DNA of 64,000 bases from positions 544,001-608,000 of the forward strand of contig CAWJDT010000001.1 of NCBI GenBank assembly GCA_963841735.1, in the 5' to 3' direction. Below are positions 29,324 to 39,948 of this stretch, piece after piece. Position numbers and translations under genes: made by a program. Position 1 is the stretch's first letter; the number at the start of each line of letters is the position of its first letter. This stretch comes from an uncultured Actinomycetes bacterium (GTDB taxonomy: Bacteria > Actinomycetota > Thermoleophilia > RBG-16-64-13). The notes below the pieces were generated by a model, which was not told the origin of the DNA, made no database searches, and saw only the letters and a program-made list of their open reading frames with translations.

Positions 29324-30544
29324 ATGCGCGTTCTCCTAGTCAATTGCTTCCACTATCGGCGAGGGGGTGACTCAGGTCAGTTCCTTGACCTTGTCGCCCA
29401 ACTCGCCGACCGCGGGCACGATGTCGCTGTATTCTCAATGTCCCACCCGCAGAACCTTCCTTCTGAGTGGGAGCGATACTGGGCACCCCATGTCGACTAC
29501 CGGGACATCCAGACGCCGCTCGCCCGCGCCCGGGCGCTCGCCCGCAGCACTTACTCTCCCGTGAGCGCCCACGGTGTGACTCGCCTGATCCGTGACTTCA
29601 AACCCCAGGTGGTCCATCTCCACAGCGTTCACCACGAACTCACCCTGTCAGTCGTAAGAGCTTGCGCCTCTGAGCGCGTGCCAATCATCTGGACGCTTCA
29701 CGATTACCGCACCGTATGCCCGGCGTCGACCCTGCTTCGTGGGCACGCCGCCTGCGAACTATGCAAAGATGGTCACTTCTGGCACGCGGTCGCGGGCCGC
29801 TGCAGGTCGGGTGAACTCAAGCGCAGTGTAGCTGCGGCAATTGAATCCTATCTCACCCGAGCCCTCCGATCCTTGGGCAGGATAGACTGCTACATCGCAC
29901 CGAGCACCTTCCTCGCAGGGAAGGTCGCGGAGATGGGTCTGCCCGCTCGCCGTATTGAGGTGGTGCCAAACCCCGTTCATGATCCTGGTTTGGGTCGGTC
30001 CACACCCGACAGAGAGTCTCTCCTATACGTTGGCAGGCTTTCGGCCGAGAAAGGGGTGGACTGCTTGATTCAGGCCATCGCCGGGCTGGAGGGGGTGCGA
30101 CTCCAAGTGCTTGGGGATGGGCCAGACTCCGAAAGACTAAGATTGATGTCGCGAGAGCTCGGAGCTGATGTAGAGTTTTCCGGCTGGGTAGACAGCGAGT
30201 CTGTTGACGAGCACATGGCCAAATCCCAGTTGCTCTGCTTCCCTTCGGTTTCGTATGAGAACTGCCCGGGTGTCGTACTGGAGGCCATGGTCCGTGGCCT
30301 GCCCGTGCTTGCCAGCGATATTGGCGGCCTGACCGAACTCCTCGACTCCGGGCGCGCGGGATGGTTCGCCCCTCCTGGAGAACCGAAGGCATGGCGCGCC
30401 GCTATAAGTGCGTTTCTTGCGGACGAGTCTGCGGTTCCAGCCAAAGTAGACCAAGCCAAGACCCGCGCTCGAACCCGCCATGACCCGCTGGCCTTCATCA
30501 CCCAGATCGAGCGAATCTACTCCTCTCTTGCACGAAGACCCTGA
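29324..30544 (+). CDS. Glycosyltransferase family 4
   Basis: WTLHDY..CP, YVGRLSAEKG and ENCP..VLEAM..GLPVLASDIGG. Confidence 0.9.
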   Translation: MRVLLVNCFHYRRGGDSGQFLDLVAQLADRGHDVAVFSMSHPQNLPSEWERYWAPHVDYRDIQTPLARARALARSTYSPVSAHGVTRLIRDFKPQVVHLHSVHHELTLSVVRACASERVPIIWTLHDYRTVCPASTLLRGHAACELCKDGHFWHAVAGRCRSGELKRSVAAAIESYLTRALRSLGRIDCYIAPSTFLAGKVAEMGLPARRIEVVPNPVHDPGLGRSTPDRESLLYVGRLSAEKGVDCLIQAIAGLEGVRLQVLGDGPDSERLRLMSRELGADVEFSGWVDSESVDEHMAKSQLLCFPSVSYENCPGVVLEAMVRGLPVLASDIGGLTELLDSGRAGWFAPPGEPKAWRAAISAFLADESAVPAKVDQAKTRARTRHDPLAFITQIERIYSSLARRP

Positions 30545-30650
30545 AAGCGAGGGCCTTCACTACCTCGCAAAGGGTCAGGCCTATCGCCGAGGTCCAGCTT
30601 CGCTGTGCAATACTGGTGGCAAAACGTGGAGTTACACAGGGGATCGACTT

Positions 30651-31555
30651 ATGACCAAGATCTATGTAGCTGGTTGTGGAGGTATGTTGGGCGCCGCCTT
30701 CCACGAGGAGTTCTCCGGCACCGCCGATCTTAGGTGCACCGACATCGACGTCAACGAGGAGTGGCTCAGATACCTCGACTTCAGGGACTTCGACGCCTAC
30801 CGCAAGGACGTCCTGGACTTCGCTCCAGACTACTTGTTCCACCTCGGCGCCCTCACCGACCTGGAGTACTGCGAGACCCATCCGGACGACGCCTACGCCA
30901 CCAACGCCATGGGGGTGGAGAACGCCGTCTACATCGCCAACGAACTCGACATACCCGCTTCTGTACATCGGCACCGCGGGCATCTTCGACGGCCAGCAGG
31001 ATCAGTACGACGACTGGGACGCGCCGAATCCCCTGGGCATCTACGCCAGGGCCAAATGGGCGGGGGAGCGGTTCGTGCAGGAGAACGCGCGCACCTATCT
31101 CATCTGCCGGGCAGGGTGGATGATGGGCGGCGGGCCGGCCAAGGACAAGAAGTTCATCCAGAAGCTCATGGTCCAGATCCGCGATGGCGCACCGAGCTGG
31201 CGGTGGTCGACGACAAGCTGGGCACGCCCACCTACACGCGTGATTTTGCCCACAACGTGAGGCTTCTGCTCGAACGAGGGTGGTGGGGACTCTACAACAT
31301 GGTCTGCCAAGGGAGCACCAGCCGCCTCGAGGTGGCCCAAGAGCTTGTGCGCCAACTGGGTCTCGCGACACGGTCAGCGTCCGTCCGGTGAGTTCCGACC
31401 ACTTTGCCAAGACCTACTTCGCGCCGCGCCCCGACTGTGAGCGGCTGGTCAATCGCAGACTCGCACTGCGCGGGCTCGACGTCATGCGGCCTTGGCGCGA
31501 GGCGCTGGCCGACTATCTGAAGACCGACTACCAGGGGTACTTGCCCGGCAACTAG
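30651..31555 (+). CDS. RmlD-like NAD-dependent sugar reductase/epimerase (SDR), about 3 frameshifts
   Basis: IYVAGCGGMLG, HLGALTDLEYCE, YIGTAGIFDG, YARAK, VDDKLGTPTYT and APRP. Confidence 0.8.
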
Positions 31556-31574
31556 ACCGCCAGGCCCGCTTGCC

Positions 31575-32297
31575 CTATTCGGTTTTGGCCCGCGTCGCGC
31601 CCCGAGCTCGGATGACTTTCGCCGGCACGCCGGCCGCCACCACGCCCGGAGCAATGTCGCTGGTGACCACAGCGCCTGCCCCGATCACGGTGCCGTCACC
31701 GATGACGCAGCCGTCGAGTACCACGACGTTGGCACCCAACCAACAGTCCTTTCCAAAGGTGATGCCCTTACGCAGCAGCGCTTGCTCGCGGATGGGCCGA
31801 TCGGGGTCGTCAAAGCTGTGATTCTCGGCAATGATGCGGCAGCCGGGGCCGAAGTCGGTATCGTCGCCGATTGTGACCAGCCCCTTGGCCCCTATGAACG
31901 TACCCTCGCTGATGCCCACTCTGGTCCCAGTGACGCACCCAGCAGCCAGTTCTTTTAGGGTGCTGGTGACCTCTATCTGCACACCCCGACGGAGCGTGGT
32001 GCCCGGTCCGAGAACGATCCCGGTGCTGCCCAGGCAGTCGAGCCGGCAGTAGTCGCCTATGCTCACACCTCTACTCAAACGGAGATACCGAGCGTTTGTG
32101 ACTACCACGCGACGACCCACGAACACCGGACACACCAAACGGCGCGTACGCAGCGCCAAAACGAGTCCTCGGAGAGCCATACCCAGACGACGCATCAAGA
32201 ATCCAAGCAGCACGAGACCCGAGATCGACGGGTCGATGCCAAAAGACGCGTCACCCTTTGTGCGCCGCCCAAGTACTTCGAGAATCCTTCGCAGCAT
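31575..32297 (-). CDS. Hexapeptide-repeat acyltransferase
   Basis: ENHSF..PIREQ..GI..GKDCWLGANVVVLDG..IG.G.VIGAGAVVT..GVPAK. Confidence 0.88.
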   Translation of the reverse strand: MLRRILEVLGRRTKGDASFGIDPSISGLVLLGFLMRRLGMALRGLVLALRTRRLVCPVFVGRRVVVTNARYLRLSRGVSIGDYCRLDCLGSTGIVLGPGTTLRRGVQIEVTSTLKELAAGCVTGTRVGISEGTFIGAKGLVTIGDDTDFGPGCRIIAENHSFDDPDRPIREQALLRKGITFGKDCWLGANVVVLDGCVIGDGTVIGAGAVVTSDIAPGVVAAGVPAKVIRARGATRAKTE

Positions 32298-32387
32298 GTC
32301 TAGATGCCTTTCGTGGTCGTCGCTCTGTGCTGACTATAACAGGCCGATTGGCCCGTGATCGCTGCACATCGCGGTATCATGCCCGGT

Positions 32388-33541
32388 ATGAAAAACAGAT
32401 CGACCACCAACAGAGATCGCCGCGTTCGGCTTCAGATCCATCCCCTCCCAGCCGGGTTGCGCCGGGGGCGACAAGTGCGCCGAGGAGCTGTTCCCGCGAC
32501 TGGTCGCCCGCGGCTTCCCCGTGACCGCCTACAACCGCGTCTACAACGACACCGATCAGCTCCCCGACACCTACAAGGGCGTCAAGCTGGTCAACCTGAA
32601 GACGATCAAGACCAAGGGCTTCGACACCCTGCTGCACTCTCTCAAGGCCACCTGGCACATCCTGCGCCACAACACCGCCGACATCGTGCACATCCGCAAC
32701 GGTGGCAACAGCATGTGGGCCATCCCGCTGCGCCTGTTCGGCAAGAAGGTCTACGTCAGCGAGGACGGCGTCGACTGGCAGCGCGACAAGTGGCCCTGGT
32801 ACGGCAAGGTCTATCTGTACTTGTCCAGCTTCATCACCGCCCGGGTGCCGACCACGGTGATCTTCGACAACATCTTCGCCAAGGAGGCGTTCGAGAAACG
32901 CTTCGGGCGAGAGTACGTCTTCATCTCCACCGGCAGTGAGAGCCCCGACGAAACGTTGGACCCCGGTGTTCTCGGCGAGTTCGGGTTGGAGCCAGGTGGC
33001 TACTTCCTCTTTGTCGGCAGGTTCATCCCCGAGAAAGGTCTGCGGTACTTGGTGTCGGCGTTCGAGCGCACCCAGACCGACAAGAAACTGGTTCTGGTGG
33101 GAGGCTCGCCCAATCCCGCGGGCTTCGAGGCCGAGATCCGGGCCACGCAGGACCCGCGGGTGGTCTTTCCGGGCTTCGTCTACGGCACCACGGTGCACGC
33201 CCTCATGAAGTACGCCTACGCGTACGTTCAGCCCTCGGACATCGAAGGTCTGTCGCCGGTGATTCTGGAGAACATGGGGCTGGGTGTTCCGGTTATCTGC
33301 AGTGATATCCCCGAGAACCTCTATGCGGTCGCCGACACGGCTCTGACGTTCAAGAAGAGCGACACCGACGATCTGGCCCGAGTGCTGCGCTATGCTCTGG
33401 ACAATCCCGATGTGCTGAGAGACAACGCCGCCCGGGCCGAGCAAAGGGCCGCGCAACAGTTCAGCTTGGGATGCCGTCGCCGATCAACATGCCCAGCTGT
33501 TCACCGCAGGGCGACCTCCCGCAACGACACCGGCGAAATGA
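32388..33541 (+). CDS. Glycosyltransferase family 4, frameshifts near both ends
   Basis: IAAFGFRSIP..GCAGA, DGVDWQRDKW, FVGRFIPEKG, QPSDIEGLS and SDIPEN; stop overlaps the rfbD ATG. Confidence 0.82.
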
Positions 33542-34396
33542 CCGAGAACGGTCTCTGGCAAGACGCTGATCCTCGGCTGCCGGGGCATGCTCGGCTCGGC
33601 CTGCATGCGCGTCTTCGGTGCCGACACGGTGGGGTGCGACCTCGCCGAATTCGACATCGCCGACCGGCAGAGCACCCTGGCGAACATCGCCCGCCTTCGG
33701 CCCGAGCTGATCGTCAACTGCGCCGCCGCCACCGACGTCGACCGGTGCGAGACCGACCACGACTACGCCGACCCCGCCAACACGGTCGGCCCGGGCAACG
33801 TGGCCGCGGCAGCCGCGGCCGTGGGGGCCCGGATGGTCCACATATCAACCGACTTCGTTTTTGACGGGGCGAAGGGCGAGAGCTACGTGGAGACCGACGC
33901 CCCCGCGCCCCTCAGCCACTACGGACTGTCGAAGCTCCGGGGCGAAGAGGCCGTGTTGTCCGCCCTGCCCGGCGCCCTCATCGTGCGCACCTCCTGGCTC
34001 TATGGGGCGGGGGGCGCGCACTTCCCTGCCAAGGTGCTCAGCTGGGCCGCCTCGGCCACAGAGATCAGGGTGGTCGACGACCAGTTCGGCAGCCCCACCT
34101 ATGCCGAAGACCTCGCCGACGCCCTGCGCGCTCTTGCGGAGACGGGGGCGCACGGGATCTACCATCTGGGAGGCGCCGGCTGCGTCAGCCGCGCCGGATG
34201 GGCCCGGGAGATCCTGGCCCTGGCGGGCAAGCAGGTGGAGGTGCTGCCCGCGGCTACCTCGGACTTCCCGCTCCCGGCGGCCCGGCCCCCCCACAGCTGT
34301 CTGGACTGCTCCAAGGCGGCCGGACTCGGGGTCGAGCTGCCGCCCTGGCAAGACGGCCTCGCCCGCTACATCCGCTCCTGCCAAGACCCTTGCTAG
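33538..34396 (+). CDS. rfbD: dTDP-4-dehydrorhamnose reductase, frameshift near start
   Basis: LILGCRGMLG, NCAAATDVD.CE, HISTDFVFDG, YGLSK, VVDDQFGSPT and PAARP. Confidence 0.9.
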
Positions 34397-34437
34397 AATG
34401 AAAGCCTGAGCTCGACACGAGGGGAGGGACAAGACTG

Positions 34438-35310
34438 ATGAAGGGCATCGTTCTGGCGGGAGGATCGGGCACCAGGCTCTATCCGGCCACCCGCGTGGTG
34501 AGCAAGCAGCTCATGCCGGTCTACGACAAGCCCATGATCTACTACCCCCTGTCGACACTGCTCCTGGCGGGCATCCGGGACATCCTCATCATCTCCACCC
34601 CCACGGACCTGCCTCGCTTTCGAGGAGCTGCTGGGCGACGGCTCGTGGCTGGGGGTCTCGTTCTCCTACAAAGCCCAGCCTCGGCCCGAGGGACTGGCCC
34701 AGGCCTTCATTCTTGGCCGAGAGTTCCTCGAGGGAGGCCCGGCCTGCCTCATCCTGGGCGACAACATCTTCTACGGCCACGGTTTCAAGGAGCGCCTGCG
34801 GACGGCCACCGAACTCATGGAGGGCGCCCTCATCTTCGGGTACCGGGTGCACGAACCCGAGCACTACGGCGTGGTCGAGGTGGACGAGCAGGGACTCGCT
34901 CTCAGCATCGAGGAGAAGCCCAAAGAGCCGCGCTCCAACTACGCCGTGCCCGGTCTGTATTTCTACGACCGGGACGTCTGCGACATCGCCGCGGCGCTCA
35001 CCCCTTCCGCCCGCGGAGAGCTGGAGATCACCGACGTCAACCGCACCTACATGCAGCGGGGTCAGTTGCGAGTGGAGAAGCTGGGCAGGGGTATCGCCTG
35101 GCTCGACACCGGCACTCACGAGGCGCTGCTGAAAGCCTCCCATTTCATCCAGGTCATCGAAGAGCGGCAGGGCCTCAAGGTCGCCTGCCTGGAGGAGATC
35201 GCCTACCGCCAGGGCTACATCGACGAAGCGCAGCTGGAGGCTCTGGCCGCCGGCATGAAGGGCAACGCCTACGGCCGCTATCTCGAGCAAGTGCTGGAAG
35301 AGGAGTCTAG
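34438..35310 (+). CDS. rfbA: Glucose-1-phosphate thymidylyltransferase, frameshifted
   Basis: [47 protein letters not shown] and AWLDTGT. Confidence 0.93.
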   Translation: MKGIVLAGGSGTRLYPATRVVSKQLMPVYDKPMIYYPLSTLLLAGIRDILIISTPTDLPRFRGAAGRRLVAGGLVLLQSPASARGTGPGLHSWPRVPRGRPGLPHPGRQHLLRPRFQGAPADGHRTHGGRPHLRVPGARTRALRRGRGGRAGTRSQHRGEAQRAALQLRRARSVFLRPGRLRHRRGAHPFRPRRAGDHRRQPHLHAAGSVASGEAGQGYRLARHRHSRGAAESLPFHPGHRRAAGPQGRLPGGDRLPPGLHRRSAAGGSGRRHEGQRLRPLSRASAGRGV

Positions 35311-35324
35311 GAGACAGGAGCATC

Positions 35325-35781
35325 ATGATCGACGGAGTGATGGTCAAGACGCTCAAGGTCATTCCCGACGACCGCGGGCGCCTCATGGAGATCATGCGGT
35401 GCGACGACGAGCACTTCGAGCGCTTTGGCCAGGTCTACATGACCACCACCTACCCGGGAGTGGTCAAGGCTTGGCACATGCACCGATCTTCAGACCGACC
35501 ACATGACGGCCGTGCACGGCATGTTCAGGCTTGCTTTGTACGACGCCCGCGAGGGTTCGCCCACCAAGGGAGAGCTCCAAGAGGTGTACATGGGCGTCCA
35601 CAACCCGGTCATGGTCCGCATTCCCCCGGGCGTCTATCACGGCTGGATCTGCGTCTCGGAGGAGGAGGGCATCGTCGTGAACGTGCCCGATCTTCCCTAC
35701 GACCGCGACCAACCCCGACGAGTACCGCTTGCCGCCCGATACCGCTGAGATCCCCTACGACTGGTCCCGGCGGCAGGCTAG
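35325..35781 (+). CDS. rfbC: dTDP-4-dehydrorhamnose 3,5-epimerase family protein, frameshifted
   Basis: [34 protein letters not shown] and IPPGVYHG. Confidence 0.82.
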
Positions 35782-35800
35782 CCGGCTCCCTGGAGAACAC

Positions 35801-36825
35801 ATGACTGCACCGACTTCGACAGCGAGCCCTGCGCCTGCGTACCGACCGGAACGAGTCCTCGTCACCGGCGGCTGCGGCTTCATCGGCTCCAACTTCATCC
35901 GCCATCTTCTCGGCACCGATCCGCGGGTGAGCGTGGTGAACCTGGACGCCCTCACCTACGCCGGCAATCCCGAGAACCTCGCCGACGTCGAGGCCGGCTA
36001 CGCCGAGCGCTACCGCTTCGTCCACGGCGACATCCGCCGGCATGAGGACGTCGCAGAGGCCATGCGCGGCTGCGACACGGTGGTGCACTTCGCCGCCGAG
36101 AGCCATGTGGACCGCTCCATCGCCAAGGCGCACGACTTCATCACCACCAACGTCGAGGGCACCTACGTCCTGCTGGAAGAGGCGCGGCGCGCCGGCATCG
36201 GCCGCTTTCTGCACATCTCCACCGACGAGGTCTATGGCTCCACCGAGTCACGGGTCGTTCAGCGAGACCGACCGGCTGGAGCCCTCGAGCCCCTACTCGG
36301 CCTCCAAGACGGCCTCCGATCTCCTGGTGCTCTCCTATCACACCACCTTCGGCCTGCCGGTGGTGATCACCCGCAGCACCAACAACTTCGGGCCCTATCA
36401 GTTCCCGGAGAAGCTCATCCCGCTCTTCGTGACCAATCTTCTCGAGAGCAGGCCGGTGCCCCTGTACGGTGACGGTCTCAACGTGCGCGACTGGATCTAC
36501 GTGCTCGACAACTGCCGCGCGCTCGAGACGCGTGCTCCGCCATGGCGCCATCGGCGAGATCTACAACGTGGGAGCGGCCAACGAGGTCACCAACCGGTTC
36601 ATCACCTCCTCGGTGCTCGAATCGCTCGGCGTCGGCGAAGAGATGGTGGAGTACGTCACCGACCGTCTGGGCCACGACCGGCGCTACTCGGTGACCACCG
36701 ACAAGGTGCGGGCTCTGGGCTGGGCGCCCGAGCGCGATTTCGCACAGGCTCTCGCGGAGACCGTGGCCTGGTACCGCGACAACCCCGGGTGGTGGAAGAG
36801 CCTCAAGGCGCGGGCGGCATTCTAG
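35801..36825 (+). CDS. rfbB: dTDP-glucose 4,6-dehydratase, frameshifted
   Basis: VTGGCGFIGSNF, DALTYAGN, HFAAESHVDRSI, ISTDEVYG, PYSASK, QFPEKLIP and DRLGHDRRY. Confidence 0.93.
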
Positions 36826-36863
36826 GTCGTGACGGCTCCCGCCCGCGCGGCGCGCGTGGGCCC

Positions 36864-37079
36864 TCAGGCGGCGACCACCTGCACGACCCTGCCGGTCGAC
36901 GAGGGCGTGGGGACCGGTTGTCCGCTGCTCCTGAGATCTCCTACGTGGAGCTCGATGGCCTCTTGGATCAGCGCCAGGACCTCTTCCTCCGTGTCGCCGA
37001 CGGCCACGCAACCGGGAAGATCCGGCACATATGCTCCATACGAAGCCAGACCTTTCTCGACCACCACGAGATACCGCAT
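36864..37079 (-). CDS. hicB: HicB-family antitoxin
   Basis: YLVVVE..YGAYVPDLPGCVAVGDT.EE....IQEAI. Confidence 0.9.
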   Translation of the reverse strand: MRYLVVVEKGLASYGAYVPDLPGCVAVGDTEEEVLALIQEAIELHVGDLRSSGQPVPTPSSTGRVVQVVAA

Positions 37080-37081
37080 TG

Positions 37082-37276
37082 TCACTCCCGCCCCTTCAGG
37101 CCGGCCTGCTCGAGTACGCTGTTCAACGTCCCTGGAGGCACGTCCCCGCCTGGCTTCCCCGCGATGGTCACTGTTCCCCGATGGATCGGGTGATGGAACT
37201 GACGATGGCTGCCTTTCATTCGGACCTGAAACCATCCGTTTGCCTCGATGAGTGCGATGAGTTCGCGAACCTTCAT
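37082..37276 (-). CDS. hicA: HicA-family toxin
   Basis: MKVRELI..IE..GW..KGSHRQF.HP..GTVT..PPGTLNSVL.QAGL. Confidence 0.92.
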   Translation of the reverse strand: MKVRELIALIEANGWFQVRMKGSHRQFHHPIHRGTVTIAGKPGGDVPPGTLNSVLEQAGLKGRE

Positions 37277-37405
37277 CCACCGTTCCGTTTCAGTGTACCT
37301 CGCGCGGGTCGGGTTTGGGCTCAGATGAGAGAGCCAGTGGTCCCCTTCCATCCACGTCCATGATGCACTGTTCGGTCATGCAGACCATCAGACTTTGGGT
37401 CTAGG

Positions 37406-37507
37406 CCGGTCCTCGATTATGATGCAGACGGCAATGTGGTGGGCATTGAGGCACTGAATGCCTCGATGAGAGTGGACAATCCACTCGAATACGCGGCACG
37501 AATCTGA
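37406..37507 (+). pseudogene. C-terminal remnant of a DUF2283 protein
   Basis: Own translation: PVLDYDADGNVVGIEALNASMRVDNPLEYAARI*; 5' half absent, begins right after CTAG at 37401. Confidence 0.7.
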
Positions 37508-37577
37508 GGCTCTTCCCTCGGCTCAACCGCCTCTTGCCCCGGTCGGTCCCTGCCATCGTCCTGTATTCTTGGCTGAC

Positions 37578-39023
37578 ATGATCATCCAACCCATAATCCT
37601 AGCGGGCGGCTCAGGCACCAGACTATGGCCGGCCTCGCGCCAGAGTCATCCGAAGCAGTTGCTGGCGCTCGCCGGCCCCTACTCGTTTCTGCAGGAGACC
37701 GCCCGGAGGCTGCAGAGTTTCGCGGCGGCGGCGATCGCGAACCCCATCGTTGTCACCAACGAAGACTACCGCTTCATGGTGGCCGATCAGCTGCGCGAGA
37801 TCGGCGTCACGGCTCCCCGCATCGTTCTGGAGCCGGTGGGACGCAACACCGCACCTGCCATGACCCTGGCCGCTCTTCTGCTCGCCGACGACGGAGACGA
37901 CCCGGTGCTGCTTGTCGCGGCTTCCGACCACCTCATCCAGAACGTCCCCGCGTTTCTCGCCGCGGTGACCGAGGGCGCGCAGCAGGCCGAGGCGGGTATG
38001 TTGGTCACCTTCGGCATCGTCCCCAACCAAGCCGAGACCGGCTATGGCTACATCCGCGTGGGCCGGCCGGTTGCCGAGGCGCCCACCGCTCGTCTGTTGT
38101 CCGGCTTCACCGAGAAGCCCGACGCGGCCACCGCCGCGCACTATCTGGCCGAGGGCGACTATCTTTGGAACAGCGGCATCATCATGGCCAAGCGCTCGGT
38201 CTGGCTTGCGGCCCTGGAATGGTGCCGGCCCGACATCCTGGCCGCCTGCCGGGCGGCTGTGGCCGGACAGTCCACCGACGGGCTCTTCGTGCGCGTGGAC
38301 AAGGCCGCCTTCGCCGCCTGCCCGGCCGAATCCATGGACTACGCCGTCCTGGAGAAGCTCGGTCCAGGCCAGGCTGTAGTGGTGCCGCTCGACGCGGGTT
38401 GGTCGGACATCGGCGCCTGGGAGGCCCTCTGGGGCGTGCTCCAAAAGGACGAAACAGGCAACGCTGTCCGAGGAGATGTCATCCTCGAAGACACACGTGG
38501 GTCCCTGGTATACGCCGATTCCCGCTTGGTGACGGTGCTCGGTGCCGACGACCTGGTGGTCATCGAGACCGCCGACGCGGTGCTGGTGGCTCCAAAGAAC
38601 AAGACCGCCGACCTCAAGAAGCTCGTGACCCGGGTGCAACAGGAGCACCCCGAGCTCACCGCCCACCACCGCCAGGTGCACCGCCCCTGGGGCCGCTTCG
38701 ATTCTATAGACAGAGGCGAGCGCTTTCAGGTGAAGCACATCGTGGTATCCCCTGGAGCAAGTCTGAGCCTGCAACTGCACAAGCGCCGGGCCGAGCACTG
38801 GGTGGTGGTGAGCGGCGTCGCGGACATCACCTGCGGCGACAAGGTCTTCCGCTTGGGCGAGGACGAATCCACCTACGTGCCCATCGACACCCCTCACCGC
38901 CTGCACAACCCCGGCACCGAGCCGCTGGAGATCATCGAAGTACAGTCGGGTGACTACCTGGGCGAGGACGATATCGTCCGCCTGGAGGACAGCTACGGGC
39001 GCATGGGTGACGCGGGCGCCTGA
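37578..39023 (+). CDS. manC: Mannose-1-phosphate guanylyltransferase/mannose-6-phosphate isomerase
   Basis: [44 protein letters not shown] and cupin RPWG..SLQLH..RAEHW. Confidence 0.95.
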   Translation: MIIQPIILAGGSGTRLWPASRQSHPKQLLALAGPYSFLQETARRLQSFAAAAIANPIVVTNEDYRFMVADQLREIGVTAPRIVLEPVGRNTAPAMTLAALLLADDGDDPVLLVAASDHLIQNVPAFLAAVTEGAQQAEAGMLVTFGIVPNQAETGYGYIRVGRPVAEAPTARLLSGFTEKPDAATAAHYLAEGDYLWNSGIIMAKRSVWLAALEWCRPDILAACRAAVAGQSTDGLFVRVDKAAFAACPAESMDYAVLEKLGPGQAVVVPLDAGWSDIGAWEALWGVLQKDETGNAVRGDVILEDTRGSLVYADSRLVTVLGADDLVVIETADAVLVAPKNKTADLKKLVTRVQQEHPELTAHHRQVHRPWGRFDSIDRGERFQVKHIVVSPGASLSLQLHKRRAEHWVVVSGVADITCGDKVFRLGEDESTYVPIDTPHRLHNPGTEPLEIIEVQSGDYLGEDDIVRLEDSYGRMGDAGA

Positions 39024-39036
39024 GGCCGCACGTGCC

Positions 39037-39456
39037 TCAGGCTGTGAACGGATCGATCAGCGTCAGACCTTCGATGCCCGCGAAGTCGGCGGTGTTGCGC
39101 GTGGCAAGGGTGAATCCGCCCGCTAGGGCCACAGCAGCGATCTGCGCGTCCTCGACACTGATGGGACGCCCGGTGCGCACCCGGTGCGACACCAGCCCTG
39201 CATAACACGAAGCGGCGCGTTCGTCGAAAGCGAGACAGCGACCGTGGAACTCAGCCAACGCGCGTGCCGCGGCCACCTGTAGGCCCTGCTTGCGCCGACC
39301 CTCGGGCAGCAGGGCGACACCCAGTTCGATCTCAGCGCGTGTCACCGCCGAGATGTATAGGTCGTGCTGGGGCTGAGCATCGATCCAGGCCAGCGCCGAC
39401 GGGGAAGGCTCTCGCCGCATTAGTTCGGACAGCACGTTCGTATCGAGTAGGATCAT
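39037..39456 (-). CDS. vapC: VapC/PIN-domain toxin (FitB-like)
   Basis: MILLDTNVLSELMR..DAQIAA.A..LATRN..DF..IDPF. Confidence 0.92.
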   Translation of the reverse strand: MILLDTNVLSELMRREPSPSALAWIDAQPQHDLYISAVTRAEIELGVALLPEGRRKQGLQVAAARALAEFHGRCLAFDERAASCYAGLVSHRVRTGRPISVEDAQIAAVALAGGFTLATRNTADFAGIEGLTLIDPFTA

Positions 39457-39467
39457 GCCCAGCAGCG

Positions 39468-39710
39468 CTAGAAGTCCGGGGCCGGACGGCCGGCGGCACG
39501 AGGCGGTATCTCGAGGTCAAAGGAGCCACTCTCCGCGAAGTACTCGTGCACGCGGCTGCCCAGGCCACCGACGTCGTCGGCCGGCGTCATGAGGGCACGG
39601 CGAAGGATCTGCCGGGCGGCTTCTTCCATGGAATAGCCTCGCCGGGCGGCTTCCAGCCGCAACCGGCTCTTGAGAGTCTCATCGAGGCCGCGGATGGTCA
39701 GGCTGGCCAC
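39468..39710 (-). CDS. FitA-like ribbon-helix-helix antitoxin
   Basis: VASLTIRGLDE.LK.RLR..AA..G.SMEE.AR.IL. Confidence 0.88.
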   Translation of the reverse strand: MASLTIRGLDETLKSRLRLEAARRGYSMEEAARQILRRALMTPADDVGGLGSRVHEYFAESGSFDLEIPPRAAGRPAPDF

Positions 39711-39731
39711 GGTCCCTCCCCGCACGGTGCC

Positions 39732-39768
39732 GATTGCATTCACTGCTATCAATGCAGTCATTCTAGCA
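39732..39768 (-). promoter_or_regulatory. Putative promoter/operator of the second FitA-VapC pair
   Basis: Minus-strand TGCTAGAAT extended -10; imperfect inverted repeat GATTGCATT/AATGCAGTC; TGCTATCA at 39744-51 matches the half-site bound by Neisseria FitAB. Confidence 0.6.
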
Positions 39769-39948
39769 CCACCGATCTTCCGACGTCGTCGCGCACGAAA
39801 GCGAGGTTACAACTTCTGAGTCTACCGAGATCTGCAACGGAAGTTGGAGCATGGCCCGGCTGTTCCAGCGGTGATCGGAATGCTCGAAGTGTAGCCTGGG
39901 TGGTATGATGTGGGCATTATGGGCTATCCGCTGATACATAGTGCACAC

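Noticed and set aside
4722-36825. Calling the frameshifted glycan genes pseudogenes or programmed-frameshift genes
   Set aside because: Isolated single-base shifts with intact catalytic motifs and no slippery-site pattern fit sequencing error better; reads are needed to settle it.
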